Positions 20,055-29,956 of a stretch of DNA of 59,268 bases are shown in pieces. The number at the start of each line of letters is the position of its first letter. Position 1 is the stretch's first letter. The notes under the pieces were generated by a model. It was given only the letters and a program-made list of their open reading frames with translations, ran no database searches and was not told the origin of the DNA. The stretch is from an uncultured bacterium. GTDB lineage: Bacteria; Electryoneota; Tariuqbacteria; Tariuqbacterales; Tariuqbacteraceae. A program made the translations under genes and the position numbers. The DNA lies in contig CAYQZD010000001.1 in NCBI GenBank assembly GCA_964421875.1, positions 3,935 through 63,202 on the forward strand, in the 5' to 3' direction.

Positions 20055-21023
20055 ATGCGGAAGACTATTTATGTCTTATTGATTGCGCTGATCGTCGCCA
20101 CGCTCCCGGTTACAGCGCAAACGGGTAAACAGCAGCCCAAAAAAACCACCCTTGCTATAGAATTACACCTCCGCGCGGACTCCCTGCTGGAAAACGGTCA
20201 GTACACTGACGCTCGCAAGGAATATTACCGCGCCCTGGAATTGAAGGAAGGAGCCGGCGACACTCTGGGCGCAGCCCTCTGCCGTCTGGGACTGGCGCAA
20301 ATCGCCCTGGTGGAAGGATATTACACCAAATCGATGGAAAACTTGAACCGGATTCAACCGGCGCTGGAGTCCGCAAAACTGCTCCCGCAGTTATACACTC
20401 TGCATATGACCCGGGGCGAGGCCTTGAACCGCCGCTTCCTCTATCGGGAATCGACCGCCGAATTCAACGCAGCTTCGGAAATAGCCCTGAAGATGAGGAA
20501 TCCTCATAAAGCCTTCCTCGCCAGTGAGAAGATGGGGAAACTGTCGCTGCAGGGGAAGCGCGATGAAGCCGCTCTCCTCCACTTTTCAGAAGCCCTGCTC
20601 AAAGCTCCTGACCGCGCCGACAGCAGCCGCGCTTATAACGGCTTGGCGCGGGCGCTGACCCTGCGCAAAGACTATCCCGCCGCCATCTCCTACTTCGATT
20701 CTGCCACCGTAATAGCCTCTTCGCCGCCGGATACACTCTTGCTGGCGGAAATCTACGGCGCGAGGGGTGATATGAACCGCCGCCGGGAAGATTACAAAGG
20801 CGCGGTGAAATACCTCTCGATGCAGTTGGAATTGGTCAAATCGCAAGGGGACGAACTGCGCCGGGCGAGGATAATGACCAACCTTGCCGTCATCCTGGAA
20901 AAACAGAAGCAGGTCGCCTGGGCGCTGGAATTAATGGAGGAGGCGGTGAGGATACTGGAAAAACGCAAAAGTCCCGAAGCGGATGAAGCCCGGGAATTCT
21001 TGAAGCGTTTGCGCGAAAAATGA
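20055..21023 (+). CDS. Exported tetratricopeptide repeat protein
   Basis: Signal peptide from ATG 20055 followed by repeated TPR-like helical units. Confidence 0.8.
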   Translation: MRKTIYVLLIALIVATLPVTAQTGKQQPKKTTLAIELHLRADSLLENGQYTDARKEYYRALELKEGAGDTLGAALCRLGLAQIALVEGYYTKSMENLNRIQPALESAKLLPQLYTLHMTRGEALNRRFLYRESTAEFNAASEIALKMRNPHKAFLASEKMGKLSLQGKRDEAALLHFSEALLKAPDRADSSRAYNGLARALTLRKDYPAAISYFDSATVIASSPPDTLLLAEIYGARGDMNRRREDYKGAVKYLSMQLELVKSQGDELRRARIMTNLAVILEKQKQVAWALELMEEAVRILEKRKSPEADEAREFLKRLREK

Positions 21024-21071
21024 AATCAAATTAAATTAACCATTTTGACAAGTACAGCATTTCGCTGACGG

Positions 21072-21099
21072 GTAGGAGCGGTTCGCGAACCGCCCCTAC
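21072..21099. repeat. GTAG-type REP palindrome
   Basis: GTAGGAGCGGTTCGCGAACCGCCCCTAC, one mismatch to 48850-48877. Confidence 0.85.
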
Positions 21100-21168
21100 A
21101 ATCTGTTTCACTGCGCTGCTGGATTCCCCTATCCCGGTTGCATTATTTAGACCTAATTGGATTTTAAT

Positions 21169-23730
21169 ATGAAACTAATAACCACTATTATAATACTTCT
21201 GATGGCGGCGGCGGCCTTCGCCGCCCCGCCCGAAATCTACTACCTCCCCAACGGGATGGAAGTGGCGCTGATAGAAAATCACGCCGCGCCGGTGATCGCC
21301 TCCTCTATAATTGTCCGCACCGGTCTCCGGGATGAAACACCGGAAGTTATCGGCGCCTCGCATTTTCTGGAACATCTCCTTTTCAATGGCACCACACACC
21401 GAACCCAGAAGGAACTCTATGAGGAGATGGACCTCATAGGCGGCTACAACAACGCCCACACCGGGGATAACTTCACCAACTTCGTGATTCTCACCGGGAA
21501 GGATAATTTCGAAAAGGGGCTGGAAATCCAGACCGATATGCTCTTCAACTCCACCCTCCCCAACGACAAGTTCGAAAAGGAACGGGGAATCGTCATCGAG
21601 GAAATCGGCGGAGCGCACGACCGGGCGAGCTACCTCGCCGACATTCATTTCTCCGCCCGCTTTTTCAAAGGCTCTCCCTATGCGAATCAAATTCTGGGGT
21701 CGAAAACATCGATTGAGAAGATGAAACGGGACGCGGTGGTGAAGTACTATAAATCGCGTTTCCGCCCCAACAATATGACCGCTATCATCGCCGGGGATTT
21801 CGACCCGCAGGCGATAAAACCCATCCTGGAGAAATATCTGGGCGCGCCCTCCCCCGGTGAAATCCCGGAACGAAAGCTCCTTTACCTCTACTTACCCTAT
21901 GAAGCCGGGATCGCTCCCATTAGGATTCACCGCGAAAAAACCAGAAGCGTTAACCTTCGCGCCGGAATCCCCCTGCTGGGAGCCCCAGAAGAATGGCTCT
22001 ACACCGCAGACATTCTAACCGAAATGCTGGAAAAGCGGCTGAACGACCAGTTAACTTCCGGAGAAAAACCGGCAGCGCAGTCAATCAGCTTGGAATACTT
22101 CCTCGACCGCGATTTCGGCGCGATTATCCTGCGCGCGTCATTGTCCGGTGAGGATAACATCGAACCGGCGGTGACCGCTTTCCGCGAGTGCTTCCGAATA
22201 TTTTCCGAAGAAACCATCGCCGCCGATGAAGTCCAAAACGTTGTCACCTCCCGGCGCAGTCAGGCACTTTTCAACAGCGAACGGCCTCATTTCGCCGCGA
22301 TGATGCAGGCGAATATGCTCGCCTTCAACGGTTACGAATATGTAATGGAATACCAGGACAACCTGCAGCGCGTTACCCCGGAAGCGTTGCAAGAACTGGC
22401 GCGGGGAATGTACGAATACGCCCCCTTGGTCGCCTCAGCCGTCGTTCCCTACGCGGAGGGGGAAGATTGGAAGGAGAGAGCCTCGGCGGGAAAAATCCAT
22501 CGCGAAATCCTGACCAACGGCTTGGAAATCATTGTGACGCCCGGCTCCGGCAGCGGGGTGTTCGCGGCGCATTTCCTGTTTAAAAACCGCTGTCTGAACG
22601 AACTGCCGGGGAAAACCGGAATCACTGATTTCCTGCACCAACTTCTCTTGAAAGGGACAACCCAGCGCACTCAAGCCGAACTGGAAGCGGAGATTAACCG
22701 CCTGGGGATGCGCCTGGAAACCTCGGATAATCCCTGGATACCCTTCGACGATTACCGCACCGTCCCCGAATTCTCCTTCGTCCGGATGGAAACCGCGGAG
22801 GAATACTGGCGTCCCGCGCTGAAGCTCACCGCTGAAGTAATCCGCCAGCCCGCCTTCAATCCCGGAAATGTGGAATCGACCCGCGGGATGCTTATCGGAG
22901 CCGCTGCCCGCAAAAACGCTTCCGCCAAAGCCAAAGCCCGGTCGCTCTTCCTGAAAAAACTCCTGGGGAAAAACGCCGCCGCTAAACCCACCTCAGGCAC
23001 TCCCCGAACCCTGGGGGGAATCACCACGGCGGAACTGGCGGATTATCACCGGCGCTACTTCGCCCCGGATAATATGATAATCACGGTGGTCGGAAACCTT
23101 CCACCGGAAGAAATCGCGGCGGAGTTGCGAAGTCTGTTCGCCGATATGCAGCCCTCCGGTATCGAAGCTCCCCCAAATCCTCCGCCCCAATCACAGCTCG
23201 GCGAATACCGGGAAGAGTTGTGCAAGATGCAGTCCTATATCTACCTGGGTTACCTCATCGAAGAAATCCCGGAGGAGGACCGCGCCCCCTTAATCGTTGC
23301 CAATGCCATCCTCTCCGACCGCCTCCAGTTCAACCTGCGTGAACAGCAGGGATTAGCCTACAGCATAGGGTCTGCGGTAGTCTTGAAGGAGGGGTGGGGC
23401 TATTTCTACGCTTACATCGGAACCCGCCCGGAAAACATCGACAAAGCCTTGAAGGGAATCAAAACGGAGATTAAAGCCGCGGCAAAAGCCGATTTTAAGC
23501 AAAATGAAGTTACCAAGGCGGTAAACTCCTACCTTGCCCGCCGCGATATGCGCCGCCTGCTCAGCGTGAACCGCGCCAGTTTTGCCGGAATATACGCGAT
23601 GGAGGGGAAACCGCTGGATTCAGGCGAAACCTGGGCTGAATCGGTCAAAGCGGTGACGCTGGAACAAGTATGGAAAGCGGCGGAAAAATACTTCAGAACC
23701 GACAATTTGGTGGTGGCGGTGGTGGAATAA
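21169..23730 (+). CDS. Exported M16 zinc metallopeptidase (pitrilysin/PqqL-like, fused halves)
   Basis: Signal peptide, GASHFLEHLLFNGT (HxxEH), ERGIVIEE; inactive second half with LREQQGLAY. Confidence 0.92.
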   Translation: MKLITTIIILLMAAAAFAAPPEIYYLPNGMEVALIENHAAPVIASSIIVRTGLRDETPEVIGASHFLEHLLFNGTTHRTQKELYEEMDLIGGYNNAHTGDNFTNFVILTGKDNFEKGLEIQTDMLFNSTLPNDKFEKERGIVIEEIGGAHDRASYLADIHFSARFFKGSPYANQILGSKTSIEKMKRDAVVKYYKSRFRPNNMTAIIAGDFDPQAIKPILEKYLGAPSPGEIPERKLLYLYLPYEAGIAPIRIHREKTRSVNLRAGIPLLGAPEEWLYTADILTEMLEKRLNDQLTSGEKPAAQSISLEYFLDRDFGAIILRASLSGEDNIEPAVTAFRECFRIFSEETIAADEVQNVVTSRRSQALFNSERPHFAAMMQANMLAFNGYEYVMEYQDNLQRVTPEALQELARGMYEYAPLVASAVVPYAEGEDWKERASAGKIHREILTNGLEIIVTPGSGSGVFAAHFLFKNRCLNELPGKTGITDFLHQLLLKGTTQRTQAELEAEINRLGMRLETSDNPWIPFDDYRTVPEFSFVRMETAEEYWRPALKLTAEVIRQPAFNPGNVESTRGMLIGAAARKNASAKAKARSLFLKKLLGKNAAAKPTSGTPRTLGGITTAELADYHRRYFAPDNMIITVVGNLPPEEIAAELRSLFADMQPSGIEAPPNPPPQSQLGEYREELCKMQSYIYLGYLIEEIPEEDRAPLIVANAILSDRLQFNLREQQGLAYSIGSAVVLKEGWGYFYAYIGTRPENIDKALKGIKTEIKAAAKADFKQNEVTKAVNSYLARRDMRRLLSVNRASFAGIYAMEGKPLDSGETWAESVKAVTLEQVWKAAEKYFRTDNLVVAVVE

Positions 23731-23750
23731 TTATATCAACAACTTTATGT

Positions 23751-23918
23751 GCTGCAGACTCCCCGCAGTCTGCAGTATAATTTGTCATTTATGTCGCAGA
23801 GTGCGGGGACTCTGCGACACGAAGAACGTCCTATGAGATGTCACTCCCGCGAAAGCGAGAGTCCAGTATCTAATATGAATATAAGAAGATGGATTCCGGC
23901 TTTCGCTTCGGAATGACA
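23751..23918. repeat. Two GCAGAGT..ACTCTGC-family palindromes plus a GTCACTCCCGCG..GGAATGAC element
   Basis: Hairpins 23751-23776, 23792-23820, 23839-23918. Confidence 0.8.
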
Positions 23919-23993
23919 TCCCCCTTTCTTGTCATTTTTTCCAAGAATGACTATAGTCGTTCATCTTCAACCTATAAAAAAAGCGAAACGACC

Positions 23994-25085
23994 ATGATAA
24001 AGCCCGTTCCTGTAAGGGAAATCCTGCAGAAAATATCCCCCTACCAGCCCGGCAAGCCTATCAGTGAAGTGCAGCGCGAACTGGGGCTGGATTATGTCAT
24101 CAAGTTGGCTTCCAACGAGAATCACCTGGGACCCGCTCCTTCCGCTCTTAAAGCGATGCAGGAAGCGCTGCCAGAGATGCACCTGTATCCCGACGGCGGC
24201 GGTTATGAACTCAAACAGGCGCTATCGAAATTTTACGGCTATAAACCCGAGGAAATCATTTTAGGCAACGGCTCCAATGAAATCGTGGAACAAATCTGCG
24301 AAGCCTTTATGAACAACGGCGACAGAGCGGTCGCCGCCTGGCCCGCTTTCGTCAAATACCGCATCGCTATCCGCATTATGGGCGGCGAACCGGTCGAAAT
24401 ACCTCTAAAAGACTTCACCCACGACCTCAGCCGGATGTTCAGCGCCATCGACGATAAAACCAAAGTGGTCTTCATCGCCGACCCCAACAATCCCACCGGC
24501 ACCCTGCTCCCCAAAGACGAGCTGGAGGACTTCATCAAGCTGGTTCCGGACAATATTATTGTCGTCTTAGACCAGGCTTATTACGAGTATATCCCGGAAG
24601 AGATGCGTATAGATGAGAAGAAACTCATCCGCGAAGGACGCAATCTGATAGTCCTGCGGACTTTCTCCAAAGCCTACGGTTTGGCGGGGCTGAGAATCGG
24701 CTATGGTTTCGCCCGCCCGGAAATCATCACCGAACTCAACCGGGTGCGGGAAGCCTTCAACACCAGTTCCATCGCCCAAATCGCCGCCACGGCGGCGCTC
24801 AAGGACCAGGATTACGTCCGCGAAGTCCTGGATGTGAACCGGAAGGGTATTGCGCTGCTGTACGACGGTTTTGACAGCCTGGGTCTGGAATATGTCAACT
24901 CCATCACCAATTTCGTTCTGGTGGACTGGAAACGCGACGGGCGGGAGATGTTCCGGGAACTGCTGGAACGAGGAGTAATCGTCCGCCCGATGGGCGCGTA
25001 TGACTTGCCCACATTCGCCCGGGTCTCCACCTCCACCGAACCGGAACTACAGTATTTTATTGAAAAATTGCGGGAAATTTTGTAG
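23994..25085 (+). CDS. hisC: Histidinol-phosphate aminotransferase
   Basis: PYQPGKP, KLASNEN, GNGSNE, PNNPTG, LRTFSKAYGLAGLRIGY. Confidence 0.96.
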   Translation: MIKPVPVREILQKISPYQPGKPISEVQRELGLDYVIKLASNENHLGPAPSALKAMQEALPEMHLYPDGGGYELKQALSKFYGYKPEEIILGNGSNEIVEQICEAFMNNGDRAVAAWPAFVKYRIAIRIMGGEPVEIPLKDFTHDLSRMFSAIDDKTKVVFIADPNNPTGTLLPKDELEDFIKLVPDNIIVVLDQAYYEYIPEEMRIDEKKLIREGRNLIVLRTFSKAYGLAGLRIGYGFARPEIITELNRVREAFNTSSIAQIAATAALKDQDYVREVLDVNRKGIALLYDGFDSLGLEYVNSITNFVLVDWKRDGREMFRELLERGVIVRPMGAYDLPTFARVSTSTEPELQYFIEKLREIL

Positions 25086-25125
25086 ATTAAAAATGCATAC
25101 TACTTTTTTCCAATAAGGATTTGTT

Positions 25126-25560
25126 ATGAAAAGAGATAAGGAAATTGTGAAAAGAACAATGAAAATGGTTAAGAGCGATGAAACATCTCCGGAAATAACC
25201 CTAAGAAAAGAATTATGGAAAAAAGGCTTCAGATATAGAAAAAATGTTAAAAATATTATTGGAAAGCCGGATATAGCTAATAGAAAGTTGAAGATAGCTC
25301 TTTTTATAGATGGAGATTTTTGGCATGGAAACCAATATAAAACAAGAGGATTTAAAACCATTGAAGAACAGTTTTCCGATGTGTCAAACAAAGAATACTG
25401 GATAAAGAAAATACAAAGAAATATTGATAGAGATAATCTGGTAAATAACACGTTGAAAATGAAAGGATGGACAGTCATAAGAGTGTGGGAAAGCGAAATA
25501 AAAAATGACTCGATTGGTTGCGCAGACAGGATTATAGAATTAATAAATAAAATCACTTAG
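25126..25560 (+). CDS. vsr: Very-short-patch repair endonuclease
   Basis: TSPEITLRKELW, GKPDI, FIDGDFWHG, YWIKKIQRNIDRD, GWTVIRVWE; AT-rich DNA. Confidence 0.93.
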   Translation: MKRDKEIVKRTMKMVKSDETSPEITLRKELWKKGFRYRKNVKNIIGKPDIANRKLKIALFIDGDFWHGNQYKTRGFKTIEEQFSDVSNKEYWIKKIQRNIDRDNLVNNTLKMKGWTVIRVWESEIKNDSIGCADRIIELINKIT

Positions 25561-25567
25561 GTTGTTT

Positions 25568-26587
25568 ATGCGTAAAATCAATTACATTGACTTGTTTTGT
25601 GGGATAGGAGGATTTAGAATAGCAATGGAGCAAGCGGCGGAAGAATTGCTCTTAGACGCTAATTGCGTTTTTTCCTGCGATATTGATAAAGAAGCTCAAA
25701 GAGCTTATTATTATAACTTTAAAGAAATCCCACTCGGTGATATTAAAAATCATGATGAGAATAAGATTCCCGAACATGATATATTATTTGCCGGTTTTCC
25801 TTGTCAACCCTTTAGTATTATTGGAAAGAGAAATGGATTCGAGGACACAAGAGGAACATTATTCTTCGATATTGCTCGAATTTTAGAAGCGAAACAGCCA
25901 AACGCTTTCATCTTAGAGAATGTTAAACTACTGGTTGGACATAACAAAGGAAGAACTTTCAAGAGGATATTAGAAACACTAGATGATTTAGGATACTATA
26001 TATCTTACAAAGTGTTAAACGCATTGAATTTTGGATTACCACAGAAGCGAGAAAGAGTGATTATAATTGGTTCAAAAAGAAAAATAGATTATGTTTGGCC
26101 AAATAGAAAATATACTATGGCACCACTTGATGAAATTCTAGAAAAGAATATACCTCCTGAATATTATGTGTCTGATTATATAAAAAATAAAAGGATGGCT
26201 ATAGGCATTAAGACTGAACATAAATATACTATATGGCATGAAAACAAACAAGGGCATATCAGCGCTTATCCTTATTCCTGCGCGCTTAGAGCTGGGGCTT
26301 CATATAATTACTTATTGGTGAATGGAGAGCGAAGACTGACTCCTCGAGAAATGCTAAGACTTCAAGGTTTTCCTGACACATTTAAAATTGTCTGTAATTA
26401 CTCACAAACACGCAAACAAGCTGGAAACGCAGTGCCTGTTCCAATGGTGAAAGCAGCGCTTAAGCAACTGTTATTTGCATTGGATGAAGAAATCCAAATA
26501 GATAATAAATATGAGTTAAGGCACTATTATGAAAGCTCCCAAATTAAGAACCGCTCAGAAAGTAAAGCCACCTTTCAAGCAAAATAA
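25568..26587 (+). CDS. DNA (cytosine-5)-methyltransferase of a type II RM system
   Basis: DLFCGIGG, AGFPCQPFS, LENV, PQKRER, RRLTPRE..RLQGFP, KQAGNAV. Confidence 0.97.
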   Translation: MRKINYIDLFCGIGGFRIAMEQAAEELLLDANCVFSCDIDKEAQRAYYYNFKEIPLGDIKNHDENKIPEHDILFAGFPCQPFSIIGKRNGFEDTRGTLFFDIARILEAKQPNAFILENVKLLVGHNKGRTFKRILETLDDLGYYISYKVLNALNFGLPQKRERVIIIGSKRKIDYVWPNRKYTMAPLDEILEKNIPPEYYVSDYIKNKRMAIGIKTEHKYTIWHENKQGHISAYPYSCALRAGASYNYLLVNGERRLTPREMLRLQGFPDTFKIVCNYSQTRKQAGNAVPVPMVKAALKQLLFALDEEIQIDNKYELRHYYESSQIKNRSESKATFQAK

Positions 26588-27263
26588 TTTCCCAAGACAG
26601 GTTATAATAAACATAGCGAAAGACATTGTATATCACCTTGCCACAAAAGGTGAGCCTCGTTTAGAAGGACCTGATTGGGAAAAAATATTCGCTAACGCTA
26701 TTGGAGCCGAATGGAAACCATCTAATGTTGGTTTGGATGACATTGTTCTGGGAAATTGCGCATGGGGCGCCAAAACTGTTAAAGCGAAACATCCTTCAAA
26801 GTCAGAGACTGTGCGTTTAATATCTGGGCGAAATTCTCCAGTATATTCTTACAATGGGAAAATAAGCGCGCATATTGAGCCAAATGGTTTAGGTGAAAAG
26901 GTTATTGGAATTTGGAACGCTAGAGTTGACAGTCTTTATAGTAAGTTCAAATTTTTAAGAACCGTTGTTTTAATAAAATCTTATGATTTATGCGAATTAT
27001 GCGTTTTTGAATTTGAGACTGTTAGATATAATCCTTTAAAATATTCTTGGAGATGGAATGCCAGAAATAATCTTGAAGGATTTGACTTAAACAATCGTCA
27101 TATTTTTACATGGCAACCTCACGGCTCACAGTTCACTATAATTGAGACTGTTCCAGATAACAAAACTGCTTTTACTATAAAGAATCCTGATACAATTAGT
27201 AAAGACAAGATATTACATGATCTCGGCTTTGACGAAAGCTGGGTGACAATTCTGAAACCGTAA
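26529..27263 (+). CDS. Putative cognate type II restriction endonuclease
   Basis: AT-rich 244-aa ORF overlapping the MTase end by 59 bp; PD-(D/E)xK-like E..GLDD..WGAKT; family not recognised. Confidence 0.7.
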   Translation: MKAPKLRTAQKVKPPFKQNNFPRQVIINIAKDIVYHLATKGEPRLEGPDWEKIFANAIGAEWKPSNVGLDDIVLGNCAWGAKTVKAKHPSKSETVRLISGRNSPVYSYNGKISAHIEPNGLGEKVIGIWNARVDSLYSKFKFLRTVVLIKSYDLCELCVFEFETVRYNPLKYSWRWNARNNLEGFDLNNRHIFTWQPHGSQFTIIETVPDNKTAFTIKNPDTISKDKILHDLGFDESWVTILKP

Positions 27264-27279
27264 TTTTTATAATATATTT

Positions 27280-28572
27280 ATGCCCCAAACCTACATCGAA
27301 GACATATCGACTAAAGAAGGCCAAACCGCCGAAATCCGCGGCTGGCTCTACAACGCCCGCTCCTCCGGCAAACTCCGCTTCCTGCTGGTCAGGGACGGCA
27401 CCGGGCTCATACAGGCGGTGGTGTTCAAGGGGGATGTGTCCGAAGAAACCTTCGCCCTGGTGGATGACCTCCCTCAGGAAAGCTCCATCATCGTCCGCGG
27501 AGACATCCGCGCCGACAAACGCGCCCCCGGCGGCTACGAAATGTCGGTCAAGGAAATCGAACTGGTGGGACACGCCGAAGAATACCCCATCACCCCCAAA
27601 GAGCACGGCGTCACCTTTTTGATGGACCGCCGCCACCTCTGGCTCAGGTCCGCTAAACAACACGCTATCCTCCGCGTGCGCCATGAAATCATCGCCGCTA
27701 TCCGCGATTTCCTCAACTACCGCGGCTTCACAATGCTGGACGCGCCCATCTTCACGCCCGCGGCTTGCGAAGGCACCACCACCCTCTTCCAGACCGATTA
27801 CTTCAACGACAAAGCTTACCTGGCGCAGTCCGGGCAGCTTTATATGGAGGCGGGGGCGATGGCTTTCGGCAAAGTCTATTGCTTCGGTCCCACTTTCCGC
27901 GCCGAAAAGTCCAAAACCCGCAAGCACCTCACCGAATTCTGGATGGTGGAGCCGGAAGCGGCTTATCTTGACCTGGATGGATTGATGGACCTGGAGGAGG
28001 ATTTCATCTGTTACATCGTGGAACGGGCGCTGGAAAACCGCAAAGAGGAGCTGAACACGCTGGAGCGGGATTTATCCAGACTGGAAGCGATTAAAAAGCC
28101 TTTCCCCCGGCTCAGCTACGATGATGCCGCGAAAATGATGAACGAGGAGGGACATCAGTTCAAATACGGAGAAGACTTAGGCGCGCCGGAAGAGAGCTTC
28201 CTCGGCGACCGCTTCGACCGTCCGGTGATGGTGCACCGCTGGCCCGCAGAAGTCAAGGCTTTCTATATGAAACGCGACTCGGAACGGCCGGAATTGTGCC
28301 TGGGAGTGGATATGATAGCGCCCGAAGGACACGGCGAAATCATTGGCGGCGGCCAGCGCGAAGACGACCACGATACGCTGCTAAATTCGCTTAAACGGCA
28401 CGACCTTCCCTTGGAAGCCTTCGATTGGTACCTCGATTTGAGGAAATACGGGACTGTCCCCCACTCCGGCTTCGGATTGGGCTTGGAAAGGACCGTAGGC
28501 TGGATAACCGGCGTCCATCACATTCGGGAATGTATCCCTTTCCCCAGGATGATCTACCGGCTCAAACCGTAG
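27280..28572 (+). CDS. asnS: Asparagine--tRNA ligase
   Basis: OB-fold N-terminus, [49 protein letters not shown]. Confidence 0.96.
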   Translation: MPQTYIEDISTKEGQTAEIRGWLYNARSSGKLRFLLVRDGTGLIQAVVFKGDVSEETFALVDDLPQESSIIVRGDIRADKRAPGGYEMSVKEIELVGHAEEYPITPKEHGVTFLMDRRHLWLRSAKQHAILRVRHEIIAAIRDFLNYRGFTMLDAPIFTPAACEGTTTLFQTDYFNDKAYLAQSGQLYMEAGAMAFGKVYCFGPTFRAEKSKTRKHLTEFWMVEPEAAYLDLDGLMDLEEDFICYIVERALENRKEELNTLERDLSRLEAIKKPFPRLSYDDAAKMMNEEGHQFKYGEDLGAPEESFLGDRFDRPVMVHRWPAEVKAFYMKRDSERPELCLGVDMIAPEGHGEIIGGGQREDDHDTLLNSLKRHDLPLEAFDWYLDLRKYGTVPHSGFGLGLERTVGWITGVHHIRECIPFPRMIYRLKP

Positions 28573-28641
28573 CTGCCGAAAGATTTTCGTGCTGGAAATC
28601 ACATTTTTTTAGTTAAATCTGCAATTCTCTACCGATTTTTC

Positions 28642-28670
28642 TTGACATTTACTTTCCAAATTGTTATTTT
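28642..28670 (+). promoter_or_regulatory. Sigma70-type promoter of the M23 gene
   Basis: TTGACA-17-TATTTT with TG extension. Confidence 0.6.
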
Positions 28671-28766
28671 GAGTCGTTAATTCACCGTTAGATTGTGATG
28701 CTTTCTGTTGAAGATACCAATCTTAAATCGATTATAAACTTATATTAGGAACAGGCAAAGGAGAGT

Positions 28767-29684
28767 GTGGCCCCGTTGAAGCGAAACCGTAGTTTCAGAC
28801 TACTCTATATGCCGATAGGGGGCTCGGCAGTTAAAGAAATCCGTTTGTCCCGCGCCAAAGTCGTCCTCATCATCTCCACCTTCGCGCTTTCCCTCGTTGC
28901 TGTGGTGGCGGCGTTGACTACGCTCGCCCTCATCGCCATTCCCAATCATCAGCTTCAATCGCTCCAGAATGAGAATCAGCAACTCCTCTACCAGGTCGAC
29001 ACCTCATATCAGAAAGTCAAGACACTGGAAAAGGAACTGCAATCCCTCGCGGAGAACGATGAGCGCATCAGACTGATGGTGGACCTCCCTTCCATCGACG
29101 AAGCGACCCGCTTAGCCGGTATCGGCGGGGCTCTCCCGGCGGCGGGAATCGACCCGGGGCAGGACCTGCAAGAATTTTTGAACCAACTTGAACGCCAGAT
29201 AGAAGTCCAGAAAAACAGCTATCCCGAAATTATTCGGAAGTTCGAGGAAAACCTTGAACTGATGGCGCATACTCCCGCGGTCTGTCCCCTGGAAAATCCC
29301 AGGATTACTTCAAAATTTGGTTACCGGCGGGATCCCTTCACCGGAAGAATCAGCCCGCATCGCGGCATCGACCTCGGCGCCCGGCGGGGAACGCCTATCA
29401 GAGCCACCGCTGATGGTGTGGTGATAACGGCAAAACGGATACCCAATTTGGGTAAGACCATTATCATCGACCATGGCTTTGGCTATGAAACGGTCTATGG
29501 ACATATGCAGAGTTACCGCATCAGCAAGGGTTCGCGGGTAAAACGAGGGCAGATTGTCGGCGCTGTAGGCAACACCGGACGCTCCACCGCGCCCCATCTC
29601 CATTATGAAGTCAGGGTTAATAAACAGCAGGTCGACCCCCTGGACTATATGTTCGAGGAGGCGCTGGCGAAGCACTTCAAGTAG
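28767..29684 (+). CDS. M23 family peptidoglycan DD-endopeptidase with TM anchor and coiled coil
   Basis: HRGID, YGH, GNTGRSTAPHLHYEV. Confidence 0.93.
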   Translation: MAPLKRNRSFRLLYMPIGGSAVKEIRLSRAKVVLIISTFALSLVAVVAALTTLALIAIPNHQLQSLQNENQQLLYQVDTSYQKVKTLEKELQSLAENDERIRLMVDLPSIDEATRLAGIGGALPAAGIDPGQDLQEFLNQLERQIEVQKNSYPEIIRKFEENLELMAHTPAVCPLENPRITSKFGYRRDPFTGRISPHRGIDLGARRGTPIRATADGVVITAKRIPNLGKTIIIDHGFGYETVYGHMQSYRISKGSRVKRGQIVGAVGNTGRSTAPHLHYEVRVNKQQVDPLDYMFEEALAKHFK

Positions 29685-29708
29685 AATGATTCATTGGATA
29701 TAGAATAG

Positions 29709-29738
29709 AAAAGGTTCCCATTACGGGAACCTTTTTTT
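29709..29738 (+). terminator. Intrinsic terminator, possibly bidirectional
   Basis: AAAAGGTTCCC-ATTAC-GGGAACCTTTTTTT between convergent M23 and carB. Confidence 0.85.
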
Positions 29739-29771
29739 GTTTTATACCGATTCTTGAAAATAATTTCCGAT

Positions 29772-29923
29772 GTAGGGGGCGAACGGCCGTTCGCCCCTAC
29801 TAAAACATAGGATAACCTTTCTTAGAATCAGTAAATATCGTGTCGCAGAGTCCCCGCACTCTGCGACCGGAAATTGGGAAGTAATACTGCAGACTGCGGA
29901 CGGACTGCGGAGAGTTTGCAGCA
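29772..29923. repeat. GTAG-REP (29772-29800) and GTCGCAGAGTCCCCGCACTCTGCGAC (29842-29867) repeats
   Basis: Near-identical copies at 51793-51820 and 48905-48930. Confidence 0.85.
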
Positions 29924-29956
29924 TAAAAGAAAATCGCCTCCCCCGCTAATTCATTC

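Noticed and set aside
23889-23993. N-terminal extension of HisC in the ORF track
   Set aside because: Starts inside a GGAATGAC repeat; homology begins at ATG 23994. Extensions of hypE, hydB, cysC and the TPR gene were trimmed on similar grounds.
27249-28572. REase and AsnS both end in LKP* (CTGAAACCGTAA versus CTCAAACCGTAG) as a possible insertion duplication
   Set aside because: Only about 10 matching bases, and they bracket asnS rather than the island; probably chance
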